This document shows, piece after piece, positions 34,826 through 44,590 of a DNA stretch of 59,789 bases (position 1 is the first letter of the stretch; the number at the start of each line of letters is the position of its first letter). This DNA is from Thermodesulfobacteriota bacterium (GTDB lineage Bacteria > Desulfobacterota_D > UBA1144 > Nemesobacterales > Nemesobacteraceae): positions 1 to 59,789 of the forward strand of contig JAKZRS010000016.1 of assembly GCA_047518015.1 (NCBI GenBank), given 5' to 3'. The notes beneath the pieces were generated by a model that had not been told where the DNA came from, made no database searches, and worked only from the letters and a program-made list of their open reading frames with translations. The translations under genes and the position numbers were made by a program.

Positions 34826-36169
34826 TTGACCGACCCAACCCAGAAGTTTCAGAGGAAATTCGATATCCGCCCCGCCAAGGGGAAGCTGGGAGTTCTTATC
34901 CCCGGAATGAGCGGAGCCGTAAGCACGACTTTCATGGCGGGCGTAAAAGCGGTGATAAAGGGCGTGGGAAGACCCATCGGCTCCCTGACGCAGATGGGGA
35001 AAATCAGGGTTGGCAAGAGAACCGAGAAAAATTTTCCTTTCATAAAAGATTTTGTCCCGCTGGCGAAAATACAGGACATAGTATTTGCCGGATGGGACAT
35101 ATACGATGAAAACTGCTACGCTTCCGCGCTTCGCTCTGGAGTGCTCAAAACCGATCTTCTCGGGGAGATAAGACGGGATCTTGAAAAAGAGTCTCCGATG
35201 CGGGCCGTTTTCGATAATAACTATGTCCGCAACCTCAAAGGTACTCACGTAAAAAGGGGCAAGACGAAAATGCATCTTGCCGAGGCACTGATTAAGGACA
35301 TACGGAGATTCCAGAAAGAAAATGACATCGAAAGACTGGTAATGCTCTGGTGCGGGAGTACCGAGGTATATCTTCAACCGTCAGAAGTTCATGAAACCGT
35401 AGCGAGTTTAGAGAAGGGACTCAAGGAAAATCACGAGGATATTCCCCCGAGCATGATTTACGCCTATGCGGCCATAAAATGCGGGGCTTCTTACGGAAAC
35501 GGGGCTCCGAATCTATCCGTCGACATCCCCGCGCTTCAGGAACTTGCGATCGAAAACGAGGTTCCCATAGCCGGTAAGGATTTCAAAACTGGCCAGACCC
35601 TCATGAAGACTATTCTAGCACCGGGGTTTAAAAGCAGGATGCTTGGACTCAACGGATGGTTTTCAACCAACATACTGGGCAACCGAGACGGGGAGGTGCT
35701 TGATGACCCGGGCTCTTTCAAGACGAAGGAGGAAAGCAAGCTCGGCGCTCTTGACTACATATTCCAGCCCGATCTCTATCCAGAACTTTACTCGAATTAC
35801 TACCACAAGGTAAGGATAAACTACTATCCGCCGCGCGGAGACGAAAAAGAAGCGTGGGACAATATAGACGTTTTCGGATGGCTTGATTATCCCATGCAGA
35901 TAAAGGTCAATTTTCTCTGCCGAGACAGCATACTCGCCGCCCCTATCGTCCTTGATCTGGTGCTTTTCCTAGACCTTGCGCACCGCGCCGGCATCTACGG
36001 AGTCCAAGAGTGGCTTTCTTTTTATTTCAAAAGCCCCATGGTCGATAAAAGGCTCTATCCCGAACACGATCTCTTCGTTCAGTTCGCCAAGCTGCAGAAC
36101 ACGCTTCGCTACCTGCGGGGTGAGGAACTGATAAACCACTTGGGGATTGATTACTACGGTTTCGGCTAA
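34826..36169 (+). CDS. inositol-3-phosphate synthase (myo-inositol-1-phosphate synthase)
   Basis: The 498-aa track ORF overlaps rpsI. First in-frame start after rpsI is TTG 34826. GVLIPGMSGAVSTTFMAGV Rossmann start, and GKDFKTGQTLMKT...NILGNRDG...KEESK core motifs of MIPS. Start codon is uncertain. Confidence 0.75.
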   Translation: MTDPTQKFQRKFDIRPAKGKLGVLIPGMSGAVSTTFMAGVKAVIKGVGRPIGSLTQMGKIRVGKRTEKNFPFIKDFVPLAKIQDIVFAGWDIYDENCYASALRSGVLKTDLLGEIRRDLEKESPMRAVFDNNYVRNLKGTHVKRGKTKMHLAEALIKDIRRFQKENDIERLVMLWCGSTEVYLQPSEVHETVASLEKGLKENHEDIPPSMIYAYAAIKCGASYGNGAPNLSVDIPALQELAIENEVPIAGKDFKTGQTLMKTILAPGFKSRMLGLNGWFSTNILGNRDGEVLDDPGSFKTKEESKLGALDYIFQPDLYPELYSNYYHKVRINYYPPRGDEKEAWDNIDVFGWLDYPMQIKVNFLCRDSILAAPIVLDLVLFLDLAHRAGIYGVQEWLSFYFKSPMVDKRLYPEHDLFVQFAKLQNTLRYLRGEELINHLGIDYYGFG

Positions 36170-36182
36170 ACGGACCGCTAAG

Positions 36183-37325
36183 CTACTGCTTGAGAAAGCT
36201 TTCGAGATCTTTTCTCGCTCCGGAACTTGCGAGTTTTCCTAGGGCGGCTTTTTCTATCTGCCTTATTCTTTCCCTGGTCAGATTGAACCTCTTGCCGATC
36301 TCATCGAGCGTGTAGGTGCTGTGGCGTCCTATGCCGAAGCGAAGCCTGATGATTTCCTCTTCCCTTGCATTCAGAAGGGTGAGCGCTTCCCTGAGCTTTT
36401 CCGCGAGAGACATCTTCGCTATTATCGTGTCGGGGATTTTAGCTTCCTTGTCGGCTACCGAATCGAGAAGCGTGGTTTTCTCTCCGTCCAAAACCGGCGT
36501 GTCGAGGCTTATGGCGTCGTTTGTGGAATTGAGAATCCTGTTTATAACCTCGGCTGAAATCCCCGAGGCCTCGGCTATTTCCTTTGGCGTTGGCTTTCTT
36601 CCCATTTCCTTGCTCAGCTTTGCGCTTGTCTTGTAAACCCTGTTTGCCTGTTCCAGCAGGTAGACGGGAACTTTTATGGTTCTGGTCTGTCCCTGAAGAG
36701 CCCTCAGTATGGCCTGATGTATCCACCAGGATGCATAGGTGGAGAATTTGTAGCCTTTGGTGTAATCAAATCTTTCAACCGCGCGCATAAGACCGAGATT
36801 TCCTTCCTGAATAAGGTCCGGAAGGGGAAGCCCCCTGCTCATATATCTCCTCGAGATCGTTATTACGAGTCTTAGGTTTGCCTTCACGAATTTCTGTTTG
36901 AGCTTAAGCGCCAAGTCGACATAAATCTTCTCCATCGCGCGCAGGGTTGCTATTCTGCGTTTTACCATAAGCGCATTAGGTGAATTTTTTCTCGTGCGGA
37001 TTTTCTCAAACTTTTCAATGCTTTTAGGCACCTTAGCCATCCTGAGTTCGCACATTTTGATTCTTGCGGATATCTCGACTTCCTGCTTTGCGGCGAAAAG
37101 AGGCTCAACGGCCATGTCCTTGAAGTAGACATAAAGAAGGCGTAACTGTTCATCGGGAATCCACTTGTGCTTCTCTTTCTCCTTCCCCTTGGGTTTCAAT
37201 TCTTCTTCTTCCGGGCTGTCGAAATCTTCTTCGATTTCATCTTCCTCAACGTCGTCGACATCGTAGGATTCAAACCCGGCGTCATGTCCCCCATCATCCT
37301 GAAAAGCTTTGTATTTTATGTCCAT
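36183..37325 (-). CDS. RNA polymerase sigma factor, sigma-70 family (RpoD/RpoS-like)
   Basis: 380 aa. Acidic N-terminus, region 2 ([37 protein letters not shown]), region 4 ([20 protein letters not shown]). Confidence 0.9.
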   Translation of the reverse strand: MDIKYKAFQDDGGHDAGFESYDVDDVEEDEIEEDFDSPEEEELKPKGKEKEKHKWIPDEQLRLLYVYFKDMAVEPLFAAKQEVEISARIKMCELRMAKVPKSIEKFEKIRTRKNSPNALMVKRRIATLRAMEKIYVDLALKLKQKFVKANLRLVITISRRYMSRGLPLPDLIQEGNLGLMRAVERFDYTKGYKFSTYASWWIHQAILRALQGQTRTIKVPVYLLEQANRVYKTSAKLSKEMGRKPTPKEIAEASGISAEVINRILNSTNDAISLDTPVLDGEKTTLLDSVADKEAKIPDTIIAKMSLAEKLREALTLLNAREEEIIRLRFGIGRHSTYTLDEIGKRFNLTRERIRQIEKAALGKLASSGARKDLESFLKQ

Positions 37326-37433
37326 CTTGTTTTTTCACCATTTTCCTGATTGAAAACGGAATGCGGAGGCGACAAAAAAAGTTTTCAGAGCCCAAGCGGG
37401 CAATGAAATTAACACCTTCCGTCCCTATTAGCA

Positions 37434-37462
37434 ATTATAAGATTTTTCGTGCTAAAATGTAA
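37434..37462 (-). promoter_or_regulatory. sigma-70-type promoter candidate for the sigma-factor gene
   Basis: On the minus strand: TTACAT (37462-37457), 17-nt spacer, TATAAT (37439-37434). Confidence 0.45.
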
Positions 37463-37495
37463 GCGTTTTTTTTCCGAAATGCGGTTTCGCGGGGA

Positions 37496-38104
37496 TTATT
37501 TCGCCCCGGCGAAGTTCTCGGAAACCTGCCTCCAGTTCACCACGTTCCACCATGCCTTCACGTAGTCGGGCCTTCTGTTCTGGTAGTTCAGATAATACGC
37601 GTGTTCCCAGACGTCAAGACCCAGAATCGGTTTTAGCCCCTCGGAAACCGGGTTGTCCTGGTTTGCGGTGGATGTTACCACGAGGCCGCCGCCGTCCACG
37701 CAGAGCCACGCCCAGCCGCTTCCGAACCTGGTAGCGGCCGCCTTTGAGAACATGTCTGCAAAAGCGTCGAAGCTTCCGAACGCGGAGTCTATTGCACCGG
37801 CAAGCTCGCCCGACGGTGTTTCCCCGGAACCGGGAGCCATGCACGGCCAGAAAAGGCTGTGATTTGCGTGTCCGCCGCCGTTGTTTCTTACCGCCGTTCT
37901 TATGTCTTCTGGAATGGAGTCAAGATCGCCGAGCAGCTCCTCGAGCGATTTATCTGCAAGCTCCGGATGTTTTTCCAGGGCGGCGTTTAGGTTGTTTACG
38001 TACCCTTGATGATGCTTTGAATGATGTATTTTCATCGTTTCCGCATCTATATGCGGTTCCAATGCGTCATAATCATAAGGAAGATCAGGTAGTTCGTGCG
38101 CCAT
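37496..38104 (-). CDS. sodA: superoxide dismutase, Mn-type signature
   Basis: [39 protein letters not shown], and DVWEHAYYL. The GGH-x-NH and Q-in-NQD features favour the Mn/cambialistic type. Confidence 0.85.
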   Translation of the reverse strand: MAHELPDLPYDYDALEPHIDAETMKIHHSKHHQGYVNNLNAALEKHPELADKSLEELLGDLDSIPEDIRTAVRNNGGGHANHSLFWPCMAPGSGETPSGELAGAIDSAFGSFDAFADMFSKAAATRFGSGWAWLCVDGGGLVVTSTANQDNPVSEGLKPILGLDVWEHAYYLNYQNRRPDYVKAWWNVVNWRQVSENFAGAK

Positions 38105-38250
38105 TTTTTTCTCCTGTTATTCTCTCGAAATAAAAAGTTAAACTTGCCATTGTATCCGCAACTGCGGACAGTTACAAGTAAATTATACCAGAAATTATTC
38201 ACGTTTTTACATATTGTGACTATAAAGTAAATTTAAGTCCTGAGGCCGCC

Positions 38251-38988
38251 ATGCCAGAGAACATAATTGAAATGACGGACGTGTATAAGTCCTTTAACGG
38301 AAAACCTGTTCACAGGGGAGTAAATCTTTTCGTAAGGCGGGGAGAGATCCTTACCGTTCTCGGAGAAAGCGGTGTTGGGAAAAGCGTTTTGCTCAAGGAA
38401 ATAAACGGTCTTATTAAACCCGACAGCGGAAAGGTCATGGTTTTGGGAGAGGATACGGCGCAGATGGATGAAAGACAGCTCGTGAGAATAAGAAAGGAAA
38501 CGGGCATGCTGTTTCAGGGCTCAGCCCTTTTTGACTCCCTTACGGTCGAAGAGAATATAGCCTATCCTCTGATTGAGAATTCTGACCTTTCTCCGGAGGA
38601 GACAAAAAAGGCGGTTGCACGGAACCTCGAACTGGTTGATCTTGCCGGAATCGAGGAAAAGTACCCGGGGGAACTCAGCGGAGGAATGAAAAAAAGAGTG
38701 GCCCTAGCAAGAGCAATTGCCACGCGCCCGAAGATTCTTCTCTACGACGAGCCCACGACCGGTCTTGACCCTCCTAACATAAAAAGGATCGCAAAGCTCA
38801 TAAAAAGTATGAGAGACCGGCTCAGGATAACCGGGGTCGTCATTACCCACGACATCGGAACCGCTTACGAGGTCTCAGACAGGGTAGCTTTCCTTTACGA
38901 GGGGGAAATCCTGTTCATGGGAACCGTACCGGAGGCCCGCGAGAGCAATATCTCCACCTTCAGAAACTTCCTCGATACTAAGATGTAG
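38251..38988 (+). CDS. mlaF: MlaF-like ABC transporter ATP-binding protein
   Basis: GESGVGKS Walker A, LSGGMKKRVALARA signature, LLYDEPTTGLDP Walker B. Size and N-terminus are typical of MlaF/Ttg2A. Confidence 0.8.
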   Translation: MPENIIEMTDVYKSFNGKPVHRGVNLFVRRGEILTVLGESGVGKSVLLKEINGLIKPDSGKVMVLGEDTAQMDERQLVRIRKETGMLFQGSALFDSLTVEENIAYPLIENSDLSPEETKKAVARNLELVDLAGIEEKYPGELSGGMKKRVALARAIATRPKILLYDEPTTGLDPPNIKRIAKLIKSMRDRLRITGVVITHDIGTAYEVSDRVAFLYEGEILFMGTVPEARESNISTFRNFLDTKM

Positions 38989-38999
38989 AGATCGAAGAT

Positions 39000-39491
39000 C
39001 TAGGAATCGCGGATCCCGATTTTTTTAAGAAGCACAGAAGCCATCGCCGCTATTCCTTCTTTTCTGCCCGTAAAACCGAGGCCGTCGGTTGATGTTCCCT
39101 TTACGCTTACCGCTTCGGGGGAGATTCCAAGAGCGTCTGCGATTTTCTTTTCCATGGCAGATGCGTGAGGAGATATTTTCGGTTCCTCGCACACCACAGT
39201 GCAATCTATGTTTTCTATCCCGAACCCCTTGTCTGTCATCAACCGGGCGACTTGGGAAAGAATAAGGAGACTTGATACATCTTTGTATTGAGGGTTCCCA
39301 GGCGGAAAGTGTTTTCCTAAGTCCCCCTCGCCGACAGCTCCCAAAATGGCGTCGGCAACCGCATGGGAGAGAACGTCTGCGTCTGAGTGGCCCTCAAGCC
39401 CCCGGCAGCCCGGTATCTCGACGCCGCCCAGTATAAGCGCCTTTCCCTCGCAAAACCCATGCGCGTCAAACCCAGTTCCTATTCTGTACAT
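39000..39491 (-). CDS. ispF: 2-C-methyl-D-erythritol 2,4-cyclodiphosphate synthase
   Basis: RIGTGFDAHGF...GHSDADVLSHAVADAILGA. Confidence 0.9.
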   Translation of the reverse strand: MYRIGTGFDAHGFCEGKALILGGVEIPGCRGLEGHSDADVLSHAVADAILGAVGEGDLGKHFPPGNPQYKDVSSLLILSQVARLMTDKGFGIENIDCTVVCEEPKISPHASAMEKKIADALGISPEAVSVKGTSTDGLGFTGRKEGIAAMASVLLKKIGIRDS

Positions 39492-40195
39492 TGCTCCGCT
39501 TCTCCTTTGCTTACGATAAGTTCGGCTATTTTGAAATCGGCAGCGGTTGTGATTTTCATGTTAAGGTCATTTCCCATTACTATGCTTACCCTTATCCCCT
39601 TTGCTTCCGCAAGCGTTGATTCATCGGTCGCGTCAAGTTCTGCGGTACCGGCTGAGCGATAGATTTCTTCGAGTATCTCCCGGCGAAAAACCTGGGGAGT
39701 CTGTGCCCTCCAGAGCTTTTCTCTCGGAACCGTTTCCTTCACGAGCGAGCCGTGCTCTTCTGTCCTCTTCAGGGTATCTGTAACGGGGACGGCGCAGAGG
39801 GAGGCGCCCGTGCGTGCGCACTGCTCTATGACTCTTTTTATCGTATCATTATCGACAAAAGGCCTCGCGGCGTCGTGAATGAGCACCATGTCGCTATCCG
39901 GGGGCACAGCGCGGAAGCCGTTTCTTACGGATATCTGTCTTTTTTTGCCCCCGCCAACTACCGAAGTGATTTTTTCAAACCCGAAGTCCCCGAGCAGATC
40001 CCTTGAGCGCGAGATTTCATCTTCGGGAACTACGACCACTACGCTTGTTATTAATTTGCTTCGCTCAAAAGTGGAAAGACAGTAGGTCAGAAGAGGTTTT
40101 CCGCCGAGTGCTGAGAACTGCTTTTTTTCACGCGGGGAGAATCTTTTCGAGAGACCGGCAGCGGGTACTACGGCTGAGACTTTTGGGGCGCTCAC
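39479..40195 (-). CDS. ispD: 2-C-methyl-D-erythritol 4-phosphate cytidylyltransferase
   Basis: VSAVVPAAGLSKRF..., VLIHDAARPF. 13-nt overlap with ispF. Confidence 0.9.
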   Translation of the reverse strand: MSAPKVSAVVPAAGLSKRFSPREKKQFSALGGKPLLTYCLSTFERSKLITSVVVVVPEDEISRSRDLLGDFGFEKITSVVGGGKKRQISVRNGFRAVPPDSDMVLIHDAARPFVDNDTIKRVIEQCARTGASLCAVPVTDTLKRTEEHGSLVKETVPREKLWRAQTPQVFRREILEEIYRSAGTAELDATDESTLAEAKGIRVSIVMGNDLNMKITTAADFKIAELIVSKGEAEQCTE

Positions 40196-40200
40196 GGGGG

Positions 40201-41187
40201 TCAGCCCTCTTTTTTCAGTTTCGCGAAGACTATTCTTCCGGTCGGAGTCTGCACCATGCTCCTGACCGAGATGTCCACGTCTCTTCCTATCTGTCTTGAG
40301 GCGTTGTCCGTTACCACCATGGTTCCGTCATCAAGATACCCGACTGCCTGATGCTGTTCCTTCCCGGGTTTTACAAGGCTTATTCTTATCGTCTGTCCCT
40401 GTTCCACGACGGGTCTGAGGGCGTGATTCAGGTTGTTTATGTTGAGCACGGTGACTTTTTCCAGATCGGCGATCTTTTTCAGGTTGTAGTCGTTGGTGAT
40501 GAGTATTCCGTTCAGTCTCTTTGAAAGCTCGATGAGTTTTATGTCGGCGTCTTTTATGTGTTCGAAATCATGATCGGAGAGGGTGACGCTTATCAATGGG
40601 ATTTCGTTCTGCAGCCTGGTAATGATGTCAAGCCCCCTCCTGCCGCGGGTTTTTCTAGCGGGGTCCGGGGAATCCGCTATGTACTGAAGTTCCTGTATGA
40701 TGAATTTCGGTATTATGAGCTCTCCTTGGAGAAATCCCGTTTCGGCGATATCGGCGATGCGCCCGTCTATTATCACGCTTGTGTCAAGTATTTTCGGGGC
40801 AAGAGCCTCGGGCTTCTTAAAAAACGAGTCGGAAGCCGCTGCTGCCAGGGAGGTTTTGTCGTAGCCTATTACCGCGCCGATGCAAACGAGAAGCAGAAAT
40901 ATTCCCGCTTTTACGTGGGGCAGGAGGTGTCCGGCTATCGGAAAACTGTTAAGAATAGTGAGCACCGCGAGATATATGAAAATACCCGTGAGCATGCCGG
41001 CTGAGATTCCGAGCGCGCAGCGAAGAGAGATTTTCCTGAAAAGCACCCGGAAGCCCGCAAGAACCACAAAAGCAAATACTCCGCAGGCAACGGCCGTAAT
41101 AATCGAGCGGGGAAGTGAAAGGTAGTCCGGGCCGAGGGCAAAAGCCACGAGCGCAAACGCTATGGAAAGTGTAATCAAGAGTTTCAT
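40201..41187 (-). CDS. membrane-anchored PIN/TRAM domain protein (YacL-like)
   Basis: N-terminal TM helices, PIN domain (ILDTSVIIDGRIADI...), C-terminal TRAM-like beta domain. Conserved position upstream of ispD-ispF. Confidence 0.8.
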   Translation of the reverse strand: MKLLITLSIAFALVAFALGPDYLSLPRSIITAVACGVFAFVVLAGFRVLFRKISLRCALGISAGMLTGIFIYLAVLTILNSFPIAGHLLPHVKAGIFLLLVCIGAVIGYDKTSLAAAASDSFFKKPEALAPKILDTSVIIDGRIADIAETGFLQGELIIPKFIIQELQYIADSPDPARKTRGRRGLDIITRLQNEIPLISVTLSDHDFEHIKDADIKLIELSKRLNGILITNDYNLKKIADLEKVTVLNINNLNHALRPVVEQGQTIRISLVKPGKEQHQAVGYLDDGTMVVTDNASRQIGRDVDISVRSMVQTPTGRIVFAKLKKEG

Positions 41188-41388
41188 TAATAATCCGGCC
41201 CTTCCGAAGGAGCAAATTATAGGATATATGAAGGCTGTGATTTTAACAAGTTTTCGGTTGCGAGTGTCGCCGACTGCCGACGGTCTTTCCCTGATTTTTA
41301 CTGGTCAGTTATAATTACGGCTTGCCGGGTGAAACGATCCGGTTTTTTGGTTTTTCACACAGCCGGTTTTTCCCGTGGACGGAACATT

Positions 41389-42213
41389 ATGAAATTCTGC
41401 ACTCTTGCCAGCGGCAGTTCTGGCAACTCGCTTTATCTTGAGTCGAAATACTCAAAAATACTGATTGACGCGGGGATTAGTTTCCGAAGGATCTCGCGGA
41501 GCCTCGAGAATATTGGGGTAGCCGTAACAGATCTTAACGCGGTGGTGCTCTCGCATGAGCATGGGGACCACTCAAGAGCTGTTGGGAAAATGTCTGAGGT
41601 GCCTGTTTACGTGTCAGGGGAAACCGTTGGTTTCTGGGAAGAAAAAAGAAACGGGTACAATCACAAAAACGGCGCGGGGTCCTCAAAGGCCGCGGGTTCT
41701 CGAAACGGCGCAATAAAGAAACTAATGGAATTTGATTCCGAGGAGCAGTTTCACATAGAGGACCTTACCATAACCCCCTTCTCGGTAGCGCACGACGCTA
41801 TTGATCCGGTCGGGTTTACCGTAACCGACGGCCGTGTCAAAATAGGAGTAGTAACCGACATAGGAAAACCCACGGCGCTTGTAATAGAGAGTCTTAAAAA
41901 CTGCGACGCGCTAGTTCTTGAGTCGAATCATGACAGGGAAATGCTTTTCTCAGGGTCTTACCCGCCGTACCTTAAGCAGAGAATAAGCGGCGGGCACGGG
42001 CATCTCTCAAACGATCAGTCCGCATCACTTCTGGGTGACGTTTTGCACGATGGGTTAAAATACGTTCTGCTTGCCCACTTGAGTTCAATGAACAACACGC
42101 CTGAGATGGCACTTGAATGTTCCCTCGAAGTTCTGCGCAGAAACGGTGCCGACGGCCGCGTTGCTGTGGACGTCGCTCCGCGAAACACCGTCGGGGAGGT
42201 TATAACGGTTTGA
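41389..42213 (+). CDS. MBL-fold metallo-hydrolase
   Basis: Start moved to ATG 41389 (MKFCTLASGSSGNSLYLES). SHEHGDH metal motif. Carries a Gly/Asn/Lys-rich insert. Confidence 0.8.
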   Translation: MKFCTLASGSSGNSLYLESKYSKILIDAGISFRRISRSLENIGVAVTDLNAVVLSHEHGDHSRAVGKMSEVPVYVSGETVGFWEEKRNGYNHKNGAGSSKAAGSRNGAIKKLMEFDSEEQFHIEDLTITPFSVAHDAIDPVGFTVTDGRVKIGVVTDIGKPTALVIESLKNCDALVLESNHDREMLFSGSYPPYLKQRISGGHGHLSNDQSASLLGDVLHDGLKYVLLAHLSSMNNTPEMALECSLEVLRRNGADGRVAVDVAPRNTVGEVITV

Positions 42214-43508
42214 TCTCAAGATATTCCAGAGAGGAAATGTCGCGGATATGGTCGGATGAGAACCGCTACCGCATCTGGCTCGAGGTGGAACTTGCCGTGT
42301 GCGAAGCGTGGGCGCATTACGGTGAAATTCCAGCCGAAGCCCTCTCTAACATAAACGAAAAAGCCGCTTTCGACGTAAAAAGAATTGCCGAGCTTGAAAC
42401 AAAGCTTAAGCACGACGTCCTGGCTTTTCTTACTTGCGTTTCCGAGTACGTAGGAAACGATTCGAGATTCATTCATCTCGGAATGACATCCTCGGATGTT
42501 CTTGACACCGCTTTTTCTATACAGCTTCAAGAGGCAGGCGGACTCATAGTTGGGGGTCTTCGTAAACTGCTTGGGGTTCTCCGCAAAAAGGCGTTTGACT
42601 ACAAGGACACCGCGATGATCGGGCGCTCTCACGGCATACACGCCGAACCCAGGACGCTGGGTCTTGTGTTTGCCCTCTGGTATGACGAGATGAGAAGGAA
42701 CCTTGATAGGATGAACGCCGCTCGGGATGCCGTGAGCGTGGGGATGATGTCGGGCGCCGTCGGTACCTACGCCAATATCACTCCGCAGGTAGAACGTTAC
42801 GCGTGCGAATTGCTGGGGCTTCGTCCCGCGGGAATATCGACACAGGTGATACAGAGAGACATTTACGCACAGTATTTTCTCTGTCTTTCCCTTATAGCGG
42901 CGTCGGTGGAGAAAATTGCTACTGAAATAAGGCATTACCAGAGGACCGAGGTAGGTGAGATGGAGGAGCCCTTCACCGAAGGGCAGAAAGGGTCTTCCGC
43001 TATGCCCCATAAGAGAAACCCCGTGCTTTCGGAAAATCTCTGCGGGCTCTCAAGAATAGTAAGATCTCACTCGATCGCGGCCCTTGAAAACATAGCGCTC
43101 TGGCACGAAAGGGACATAAGCCACTCCTCCGTTGAGAGGATCATAGGTCCCGACGGAACCATACTGGTTGATTTCATGCTTGAGAGGCTTTGCGGTCTCC
43201 TCGGAGGTCTGCGGGTTTATCCAGACAGGCTTGAGGAGAACATGTGGATTACGCGCGGACTTGTTTTTTCCCAGAAAGTTCTGCTCGAGCTTGTAAAAAA
43301 GGGTGTTTCAAGGGAAGATGCCTACTCGCTCGTGCAGCGAAACGCCATGCGGTGCTGGGAAGAAAAAAAGGATTTCCGAGGGATGCTTAAGGGCGACGAG
43401 CAGGTAACGGATATTCTTTCGGAAAAAGAGATCGATTCGTGTTTTGAACTTAAGGAAGATCTTAAGAACATAGATCATATCTTCGCCACGGTGTTCGGCG
43501 AATCATAA
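42210..43508 (+). CDS. purB: adenylosuccinate lyase
   Basis: The track ORF starts far upstream inside the MBL gene. TTG 42210 gives (M)ISRYSREEMSRIWSDENRY, the canonical PurB N-terminus. TTGA overlap with the MBL stop. GSSAMPHKRNP signature. Confidence 0.9.
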   Translation: MISRYSREEMSRIWSDENRYRIWLEVELAVCEAWAHYGEIPAEALSNINEKAAFDVKRIAELETKLKHDVLAFLTCVSEYVGNDSRFIHLGMTSSDVLDTAFSIQLQEAGGLIVGGLRKLLGVLRKKAFDYKDTAMIGRSHGIHAEPRTLGLVFALWYDEMRRNLDRMNAARDAVSVGMMSGAVGTYANITPQVERYACELLGLRPAGISTQVIQRDIYAQYFLCLSLIAASVEKIATEIRHYQRTEVGEMEEPFTEGQKGSSAMPHKRNPVLSENLCGLSRIVRSHSIAALENIALWHERDISHSSVERIIGPDGTILVDFMLERLCGLLGGLRVYPDRLEENMWITRGLVFSQKVLLELVKKGVSREDAYSLVQRNAMRCWEEKKDFRGMLKGDEQVTDILSEKEIDSCFELKEDLKNIDHIFATVFGES

Positions 43509-43527
43509 CTAACAAGGAGCTTTATTC

Positions 43528-44571
43528 GTGATGGGAAAAATATTTGCCTCAAAAGCAAGAAAATCAATTCTAGCGACAGCTGTACCGGTTCTTCTAGCCG
43601 TGGTTTTTCTTTTCCCCGGGAGCCTTTTCGCGCTCGATAACGTTAACCTCGGGAAACTTGAGCAGTACTTCAAGAACCGCTACGGAATTCATCTTCCCGG
43701 CGGTTTCACGGTGAAGGCGGTTAAAGGGAAAGATTCTGAGATAAAGGGATTCAAGGAAGGCGAATACAAAATCGGATTTCCCGATGGCCGAAACCAAACC
43801 ATTCCGTTTCTTGTGAGTGGCGATGGCAAGTTTGTGATAATGGGCGACCCTCCAACCGTAAAGGTGGATGCGATGAAGGAAACGGGTATCTCCGGAGTGA
43901 GGCAAGGGTTTCTCGCATCTGAAGGCGGGCAGATTCCGATTCTGGTTTCCGGCGATCGCAAGACAATAATGGTCGGCAAGCTTGAAAATCTCAATCGAGA
44001 TCCAGCCGCCGAGACTTCCGGGAAGATTTCTCTTGAGAACGTTCCCTTAAAAGGAGACCCTAAGGCCGGAGTAACGGTGGTCGAGTACTCGGATTTCCAA
44101 TGCGGTTACTGCGCCCGAGCCGCAAGCCAGGTAGCTGATTTTCTCAAAGATTACGAAGGCAAAGTCAGGTTCTTTTACAAGCAGTTCCCGCTCTCGTTTC
44201 ACAAGTGGGCCGAAGAAGCCTCGATCGCATCTCTTTGCGTCTATGATCAGTCAAACGAGAAATTCTGGAAGATCCACGACGCCATTTTCGAAAAGCAGAG
44301 CGAGATAAAGGTTGCCGATGCTAAAGACACCCTTGCGGGAATGGTGCGCAAACTCGGGGTCGATATGAAAAAATACGATGAGTGCGTAAAATCCGAGGAA
44401 GCCAAACGGAGGGTTGCTTCGGACATGAAAGAAGGCCAATCAATCGGGGTAAGCGGTACGCCGACATTCGTCGTTGATGGTTTTGTGATCTCGGGAGGTG
44501 CCAACATGAAGGCGCTTAGAAATGCCGTGGATTACCGTCTTTCCCTGAACTCCGATAAGTCCGGAAAATAA
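43528..44571 (+). CDS. secreted DsbA-family thioredoxin-fold protein with N-terminal duplicated module
   Basis: Signal-like N-terminus. Internal repeat IPFLVSGDGKFVIMG / IPILVSGDRKTIMVG. C-terminal DsbA-like domain with FQCGYCARA and GVSGTPTFVVDG. Confidence 0.75.
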   Translation: MMGKIFASKARKSILATAVPVLLAVVFLFPGSLFALDNVNLGKLEQYFKNRYGIHLPGGFTVKAVKGKDSEIKGFKEGEYKIGFPDGRNQTIPFLVSGDGKFVIMGDPPTVKVDAMKETGISGVRQGFLASEGGQIPILVSGDRKTIMVGKLENLNRDPAAETSGKISLENVPLKGDPKAGVTVVEYSDFQCGYCARAASQVADFLKDYEGKVRFFYKQFPLSFHKWAEEASIASLCVYDQSNEKFWKIHDAIFEKQSEIKVADAKDTLAGMVRKLGVDMKKYDECVKSEEAKRRVASDMKEGQSIGVSGTPTFVVDGFVISGGANMKALRNAVDYRLSLNSDKSGK

Positions 44572-44590
44572 CTTCCGCCGGGTTCTGACC

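Noticed and set aside
42117-42209. Upstream extension of purB (and similar extensions at 20192, 21717, 23730, 24970, 32493, 41329)
   Set aside because: In each case the extension overlaps the preceding gene or intergenic DNA. A downstream start yields the canonical N-terminus or a lipoprotein signal peptide.
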